Of a DNA stretch of 64,000 nucleotides, positions 56,041 through 64,000 are shown in pieces. Origin of the DNA: an uncultured Candidatus Saccharibacteria bacterium. GTDB taxonomy: Bacteria > Patescibacteriota > Saccharimonadia > Saccharimonadales > CAZJQT01. Position numbers and translations under genes: made by a program. Below the pieces are notes generated by a model. That model made no database searches. It saw nothing but the letters and a program-made list of their open reading frames with translations, and was not told the origin of the DNA. How positions within the stretch are numbered: the first letter of the stretch is position 1; each line of letters starts with the position of its first letter. The DNA is taken from positions 39,928 to 103,927 of the forward strand of contig CAZWRJ010000001.1 of NCBI GenBank assembly GCA_964636215.1. The letters run 5' to 3'.

Positions 56041-57185
56041 TTATTTATCACCTCGCATATTTTCTTAGCATCTGCTTCGCTAGTTTCCTGGTGAGTTGGT
56101 AGATTAACGATGCTACTTACGATGGATTCAGCTTCGGGACAATCACCAGGTTGGTAGTTAGTGTTTGTCAGATATTTTTTGGGTCCAAGCGGAGCATCGT
56201 ACCAAGTATCACCGAAGTAAAAACCAGCTTCTTTAAGTTTCTCTAGTAGTTCGGCTGGACGCTTAACCTTGACTGGGAAGCGTACCTGAACGGCTCTTTC
56301 ACCATTTAGAAAACAAATTTTGTCTGGTAGGTTTTGACTATACACTTGGCTTATTTTTTGACGATGATTGTATTCACTTGTTCGTAACTCCCAGCGATAG
56401 TCAGCTAGAGCAGCCATAGAGGTGTTTTGGGGAGTAGAAGAAGTTTGGTCCATTGGAGCAGCTAGCATGCCAAGAGATCGCAGTAACTTATGTAGTAACC
56501 TGCCTATCTGGATGCGATATGATGAGCGAATTAGGTGAGTTATCATCGGGTAAAAACGTAATTTCAGTCGTCCAGGGGATTTTGCTGTTTCTACATTTTT
56601 AGAGTTAGGCCGGCGGTCAATAACCGCACCACCAGCCACAGCATCTAGTGTTTTATCTTGACTGAAAGATAGCATTACTAGATCACCAACCATACCAACT
56701 TCACGACCTTCCGGATAGTGACTACCGATACTATGTGCAAGATCTTCAATTAAGACTAAGTTGTTGGTCCGTGCAAATTTCTCAATACCCGCGATATCAC
56801 AAAGTACACCGAGGGTATTTTGAACCACCACTACCTGGAAGGCTTGTTTCTTATAGGCTTTTTCCAGTTCTGCCACTCCAAAGTTTAAGTCGCCTTGCGT
56901 GATGTCTATCATAAGTGGTTTTAGACCAGCACGTTCTACGGCTTGATAAACAACGTAACAAGTGAACCCGTTAATGGCTACCACCGAGTTGGTTGGCAGG
57001 TTAAGCGACTCAAAAGCAAGTTGCAGTGCCTGGCGACCTTTATAAGTTAGTGTTGTTTGGCCTTGATATGCGGCATTAAGGGCTTCCGTTAGATTAGTTT
57101 GGGTTTTAGCAGAGTTACCTTTAAACAAGGCTTTTAAGCTGACTGACCAAGAAAAATTTGAACCAAGAGAATTAAATAAAGTCAT
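56028..57185 (-). CDS. DegT/DnrJ/EryC1/StrS-family PLP-dependent aminotransferase
   Basis: 385 aa. LSFSQDKTL (PLP-lysine motif SFxxxK) and the IEDLAHSIG region. Overlaps both neighbours. Confidence 0.8.
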   Translation of the reverse strand: MTLFNSLGSNFSWSVSLKALFKGNSAKTQTNLTEALNAAYQGQTTLTYKGRQALQLAFESLNLPTNSVVAINGFTCYVVYQAVERAGLKPLMIDITQGDLNFGVAELEKAYKKQAFQVVVVQNTLGVLCDIAGIEKFARTNNLVLIEDLAHSIGSHYPEGREVGMVGDLVMLSFSQDKTLDAVAGGAVIDRRPNSKNVETAKSPGRLKLRFYPMITHLIRSSYRIQIGRLLHKLLRSLGMLAAPMDQTSSTPQNTSMAALADYRWELRTSEYNHRQKISQVYSQNLPDKICFLNGERAVQVRFPVKVKRPAELLEKLKEAGFYFGDTWYDAPLGPKKYLTNTNYQPGDCPEAESIVSSIVNLPTHQETSEADAKKICEVINKWLA

Positions 57186-57877
57186 GGACTCGTTTCTATA
57201 GCATTTTTGATAAGCTCCGCCACCATTTCCGGTTGAGTAGCTTGGGGTGCATGTTTGGCCCTATCAATAATATTCAGTGAAGAGTTTGGCAGTAACTTGG
57301 CTATTTTTTTGCCGTCTTTTAGAGGGGTAATATTGTCTTCACGGCCCCATATTAAGGTGGTTGGTAGGTTTATTTGAGTAAGATCAAGCTTACTATCGGC
57401 AAAAAGCATGTTTTGCATTGTTTCACGCATATTAGGTGGTGCTTGATAGTAATCTTGAGCACCTATAACTTTGTAGAACACCTTGCGCAAAAGCGGTATT
57501 CTTGCCAAAGGCTTACCGATTTTGGAAAGACCAGACAAAATACCAAGTTTGGTCTTCTTGATTAAGCTATGCTCAGCCAGACCAGCGCTATCTATTAAAA
57601 TCAGTTGCTTAAGTCTACCCGGATTGGCTTGAGCATAAGATAATGCTATGCGGCCTCCATTGGAGTGACCAATAACTATTGGGTTGGGCTCTCCCTTAAG
57701 CTCACCGTCCAGCCATTTTATGTAACCTTTTATGTCCCAGACTTTGTCGCTCGGAGTAGTCAGACCTGGTACTTTTAATAGTATTGGTTCTAGGTTTTGA
57801 GCTTTCAAGAAGGGCATTATGGGCTGCCATTTATCCAAGTTGTAGCTCCAGCCATGAATTATAAAAATTTGTGTCAT
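57182..57877 (-). CDS. alpha/beta hydrolase
   Basis: GHSNGG nucleophile elbow. Start set at ATG 57877, which forms an ATGA overlap with the upstream MurF-like stop. Confidence 0.8.
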   Translation of the reverse strand: MTQIFIIHGWSYNLDKWQPIMPFLKAQNLEPILLKVPGLTTPSDKVWDIKGYIKWLDGELKGEPNPIVIGHSNGGRIALSYAQANPGRLKQLILIDSAGLAEHSLIKKTKLGILSGLSKIGKPLARIPLLRKVFYKVIGAQDYYQAPPNMRETMQNMLFADSKLDLTQINLPTTLIWGREDNITPLKDGKKIAKLLPNSSLNIIDRAKHAPQATQPEMVAELIKNAIETSP

Positions 57878-59154
57878 TTTGGCAGGCCCCATTTTTGTCT
57901 ACGCTTTGTCCACTCCCTGCTACGCCTAACTAGCTTGTTAGCATCTTCGGGATTAGCCAGCAATTGTTCGATGACACCTTCCAGGAAACGACCTCCTTTA
58001 AATAACAATATTTCTCCTCCTTTTAGGTTGTAACGAAGGTAGTCTAAAACGTCCCTAGGGCTTTCGAAACTAACTACTGCGAGTTTTGTTTTCTCTTTTA
58101 GTAATGGCAGAGTGTAAGCTTTGGTGCGCGGTCCAAGCAAAACAACATGCTCGGCTTTGGACTTAGAAATAACGGTAGCTAATTTTTCATGTTCATCTTT
58201 CTCTAAACTTCCTTGCTCCAAAATATCACCAAGGACCAACCATTTGTGCTCACCGGGGTACTTATCCAACATGGAAATAGCCGCTTGGGTTGGCTTTAAC
58301 CCAGTGTTATAGGTGCTGTCAATTATGGTAATGTCTTTTTGAGCTTTAAGAACTGTGCCTCGTCCCGGGGGTAATTCAAACTTTTGGTAATCGGAATCTA
58401 AAGGTAATTTTAGGTAGTCCACTAAGGCTTGGGTTAGTTCTAGATTTACGGCGATTTCTTTGGGGTGAAAGCCTGGCAATTTAACGTCTTGTCCGGATTT
58501 AAAACGGTAGGTTGTAGCTGTTTTAGATACTTGATAATCTGTGAGATCTTCCAAGCTAACCTTAACTAGCTTGACCTTAGATTTAACTCGTTTTAGCTGA
58601 GTGACAATTTCCGGAACATCTTTATTGGCTGCCACAAATTTAGAACTGGCCGCAGCAAAGTGACCGAATTCGTAGGCGATGGCTTCTGAATGATCGGCAA
58701 ATTGGCCATTGCTCACCAACTTATCAAAATTCATACTATGTGTGTGATAAGAACTTACCCAAAGCGTCACCTCAGGTTTCAATAGTTTAGCCAAAAAGGC
58801 ACCTTCATGAGGCCGATCACAGTCAGCTTCGACGATATAAATTTTTTGAGCTGGAACTTTACGAAAAATCTTGAATGGAGCAATAATTATCAGGTATAAC
58901 CAGCGTAGTTTAGAGCCTTCCACCTGGTGTAAGCCTAAAATATCAAAAGGTATACCAAATGAGCTATTAGCGTGGTGGCTATAACTAGCTTTGTCGCCTA
59001 GTTGGGCTTCAACCAAATGAAGGGTGGTAGTCTTACCGCTTGAGCCAGTAATTACCATTATGCGTGGTTGCCAACGACGAAGAACTAACTTGGCCCAAAA
59101 GGCAAAATAAGTTGCAACGACGAAGAACAGACGCTTCTTAATAGCTTGAAACAC
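57874..59154 (-). CDS. Mur-ligase-family protein, MurF-like but lacking the N-terminal domain
   Basis: 426 aa. P-loop ITGSSGKTTT only ~35 aa from the N-terminus and preceded by a hydrophobic helix. PPGRGTV..IIDSTYN and VLGDILEQG resemble MurF central/C-terminal motifs. Confidence 0.75.
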   Translation of the reverse strand: MFQAIKKRLFFVVATYFAFWAKLVLRRWQPRIMVITGSSGKTTTLHLVEAQLGDKASYSHHANSSFGIPFDILGLHQVEGSKLRWLYLIIIAPFKIFRKVPAQKIYIVEADCDRPHEGAFLAKLLKPEVTLWVSSYHTHSMNFDKLVSNGQFADHSEAIAYEFGHFAAASSKFVAANKDVPEIVTQLKRVKSKVKLVKVSLEDLTDYQVSKTATTYRFKSGQDVKLPGFHPKEIAVNLELTQALVDYLKLPLDSDYQKFELPPGRGTVLKAQKDITIIDSTYNTGLKPTQAAISMLDKYPGEHKWLVLGDILEQGSLEKDEHEKLATVISKSKAEHVVLLGPRTKAYTLPLLKEKTKLAVVSFESPRDVLDYLRYNLKGGEILLFKGGRFLEGVIEQLLANPEDANKLVRRSREWTKRRQKWGLPK

Positions 59155-59212
59155 CTTGGTATTGTACGTTTTTTTTAAGCTCGATTAAAGACTTGGTAGA
59201 TTTGCGACCGTA

Positions 59213-60115
59213 TTACTGTACTTGTTGCAAACGGCTTTGCAGTTCATTGACGCCAATGCTAACATCTGGCTGGCTGATGGTAACGTGGGCCCCATAATCT
59301 TGATAATTTTCTGTACGACCATTATCACTATAAGTAACCCTGGTTAGTTGCCCCGACCAGGCGTCGACCTCTAGGTTAACCTCAAATGGCGAACTATTTT
59401 GATATAGGGATGGATCGACTTGTTCAAGCTGTGTTAATCCCACCATCTTGGCAAAATCTTTAAGCATAGCGACATAGGCCATAGGTTTTACCTTTACCGT
59501 ATATGTATAGATTAATCGTCCATTTTGGCGACTTTGTTTGACCGTAGAATAATTAATATCGTAAACGCCTTTGGTTTTTATTTCATTAAGTAAATGATCT
59601 CGGTTTTCAGCTGATAAGTTGCCGATAGGCACAACACCAAGTATTAATTGACTATAAAGCTGGCTGGCAGTATTTTGATCGGACCCAGGCGTCTTACTCC
59701 AAACCCCAAGAAGCTGACTAAAATCAAAAGGCTTACCGTTAGGATTAAGTTGATTGGTTTTAATATCGACATAACGAACATAATCACCGCTAGGTCCACC
59801 AATACTTTCTGTGGTAACCGTGCTGTTAGTTAAGCCAGTTTGAGTCAAAGTGTTCAGAGTCCTGGCTTGATGATAGGGACTGGTTAATATCTGCGTGTTT
59901 TGCTCAATTGCCTGGCCGCCACCGACTTGACTTGACTCTTTAGTTACACTGGAAGTCGATAACATATTTGACAGCATTCGATCAAAGACTGAAGAGGGGC
60001 TGTTATATACAAAATGCCACCATCCCAAGACTGCCACAACCAGCACAACGGCTCCAAATAGCCATGATAGTTTAACAACTTTGGATTGATGTTTCTTGAC
60101 TATTTTCCTCAGCAT
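59213..60115 (-). CDS. membrane-anchored hypothetical protein
   Basis: 300 aa. One N-terminal TM helix. No motif recognised. Confidence 0.5.
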   Translation of the reverse strand: MLRKIVKKHQSKVVKLSWLFGAVVLVVAVLGWWHFVYNSPSSVFDRMLSNMLSTSSVTKESSQVGGGQAIEQNTQILTSPYHQARTLNTLTQTGLTNSTVTTESIGGPSGDYVRYVDIKTNQLNPNGKPFDFSQLLGVWSKTPGSDQNTASQLYSQLILGVVPIGNLSAENRDHLLNEIKTKGVYDINYSTVKQSRQNGRLIYTYTVKVKPMAYVAMLKDFAKMVGLTQLEQVDPSLYQNSSPFEVNLEVDAWSGQLTRVTYSDNGRTENYQDYGAHVTISQPDVSIGVNELQSRLQQVQ

Positions 60116-60158
60116 TGTTCTATTGTATCAGGTCTCTATATAATACTAAGGGTCAATT

Positions 60159-60234
60159 GGGGTGTTAGCTCATCTGGTAGAGCGCGGCATTCGCATTGCC
60201 GAGGTGACCGGTTCAAGTCCGGTACACTCCACCA
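60159..60234 (+). tRNA. tRNA-Ala (anticodon CGC), CCA encoded
   Basis: Hand-folded. Acceptor GGGGTGT/ACACTCC with the G3:U70 Ala identity pair, anticodon loop TTCGCAT, canonical D-loop GG and T-loop TTCAAGT. TATAAT at 60139-44. Confidence 0.9.
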
Positions 60235-60259
60235 GATTATGGTATAATCGCCGAGTTTT

Positions 60260-60336
60260 GGGGACGTAGCTCAGTTGATTAGAGCGCTTGCATGGCATGC
60301 AAGAGGTCGTGGGTTTGACTCCCATCGTCTCCACCA
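60260..60336 (+). tRNA. tRNA-Ala (anticodon GGC), CCA encoded, atypical elbow (A19:U56)
   Basis: Acceptor GGGGACG/CGTCTCC with G3:U70, anticodon loop ATGGCAT. D-loop AGTTGATTA (GA instead of GG) and T-loop TTTGACT (T instead of C56). Extended -10 TGgTATAAT at 60240-48. Confidence 0.85.
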
Positions 60337-60339
60337 AGG

Positions 60340-60367
60340 AAAAAACCCGAAAATATTCGGGTTTTTT
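60340..60367. terminator. bidirectional rho-independent terminator
   Basis: AAAAAACCCGAA-AATA-TTCGGGTTTTTT. Perfect stem flanked by an A-run and a T-run, directly after the tRNA-Ala pair. Confidence 0.8.
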
Positions 60368-60466
60368 CCTTCATGCGCGCCCACCGTTGCGGCGGTGCCC
60401 ACTTTTATTTTCTAAATTTTTGTTTCACGCGCCGCGAGCGCACGAATACTTTATAAGCATAAACTT

Positions 60467-63439
<2,973 letters not shown>

Positions 63440-63447
<8 letters not shown>

Positions 63448-64000
63448 GACGGCCCATTTCCTCTAGACGGACAATTCGTTCTTCTATTGGTGGGTGAGTA
63501 CTAAACAAATTCGTAAGACTGTGTCCCTTTAGAGGATTAGAGAAGAATAAGTGTGCTGTGGAAGTATTTTGATGACGCAGTGTGCTGCCGTTTTTTTCAA
63601 TTTTCTTAAGAGCGCTTATTAGTCCTTCGGGATATCGGGTAGTTAGAGCACCAGTGGCGTCAGCTAGAAACTCTCGACGTCTCGACACGGCTAGCTGAAT
63701 TAGAACCGCGACGATTGGCGCCAATATGGCGGCCACTAGGCCAACAATGAAAAATAGTTGATTATTGTTTCCTTCATCACGGTCGTTACTAAACCAACTA
63801 ATTCTCAGCATAGCGTCAGCTAACAGACCAACAATTGCAACTAAAGCAAATACCATAGTAGATACTCTGATATCGTAGTTTTTAACGTGTCCTAGTTCGT
63901 GGGCCAAAACACCCTGTAATTCGTCATCCTCCATAGCATCCAATAAACCAGATGTGACACAAACCACCGCGTGAGCCGGGTCTCGTCCAGTGGCAAAGGC
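63440..64000 (-). CDS. htpX: M48-family zinc metalloprotease HtpX-like (N-terminus beyond window end)
   Basis: HELGH zinc motif. The frame stays open upstream of the track start to base 64000 (AFATGRDPAHAVVCVTSGLL, typical of M48). Confidence 0.85.

Noticed and set aside
60368-60466. GC-rich ~90-nt spacer between the tRNA terminator and the ligA stop (GCGCGCCCACCGTTGCGGCGGTGCCCAC ... CACGCGCCGCGAGCGCACG); the 60-aa track ORF 60288-60470 spans it
   Set aside because: It has only short (4-5 bp) hairpins and no clear motif. The ORF starts inside the tRNA-Ala gene and is implausible. It is possibly a ligA terminator region. Noted only.

Overview
Gene-dense, low-GC window, mostly minus-strand. 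I call about 70 CDS, 3 tRNAs, 1-2 structured ncRNAs, and no rRNA, CRISPR array or recognisable transposase. The gene content looks like a reduced Patescibacteria/CPR (Saccharibacteria-like) genome; this is an inference from content, not a database result. Supporting content: a compact sugar-phosphate operon (PfkB kinase, class II aldolase, split transketolase, rpe, rpiB, gap); pheST, leuS, ligA, typA, rpsP-KH-trmD, rnc, nusB and rpmF; a thiol-redox cluster (MarR, trxB, glutaredoxin-like); and glycan enzymes (GH13 branching-enzyme-like, GH63-like). An oxygen-handling block holds cyoABCDE, NDH-2, an FAD-linked oxidase and Ni-SOD with its SodX protease. An envelope-type operon holds a MurF-like ligase, a hydrolase, a DegT aminotransferase and a FemX-like transferase. 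The items most worth a second look: (1) A ~600-nt GC-rich, ORF-free, helix-dense island (14392-14996) closed by a 12-bp inverted repeat. Its 3' two-thirds carry RNase P RNA-like motifs in canonical order, but I cannot fit the canonical fold. (2) LeuRS carrying a complete Nudix domain with a perfect Nudix box inserted in its editing-domain region, followed by a HIT-family gene. (3) A ~510-bp very GC-rich single-gene cassette (36427-36938) with high-GC codon usage, bounded by 12-bp perfect inverted repeats and driven by a consensus-like AT-rich promoter. (4) cyoE, whose conserved N-terminal motif lies upstream of any ATG/GTG/TTG. (5) A tRNA-Ala(GGC) with an A19:U56 elbow pair next to the FemX-like operon. 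All coordinates and motifs were read by hand from the sequence. No searches were run.
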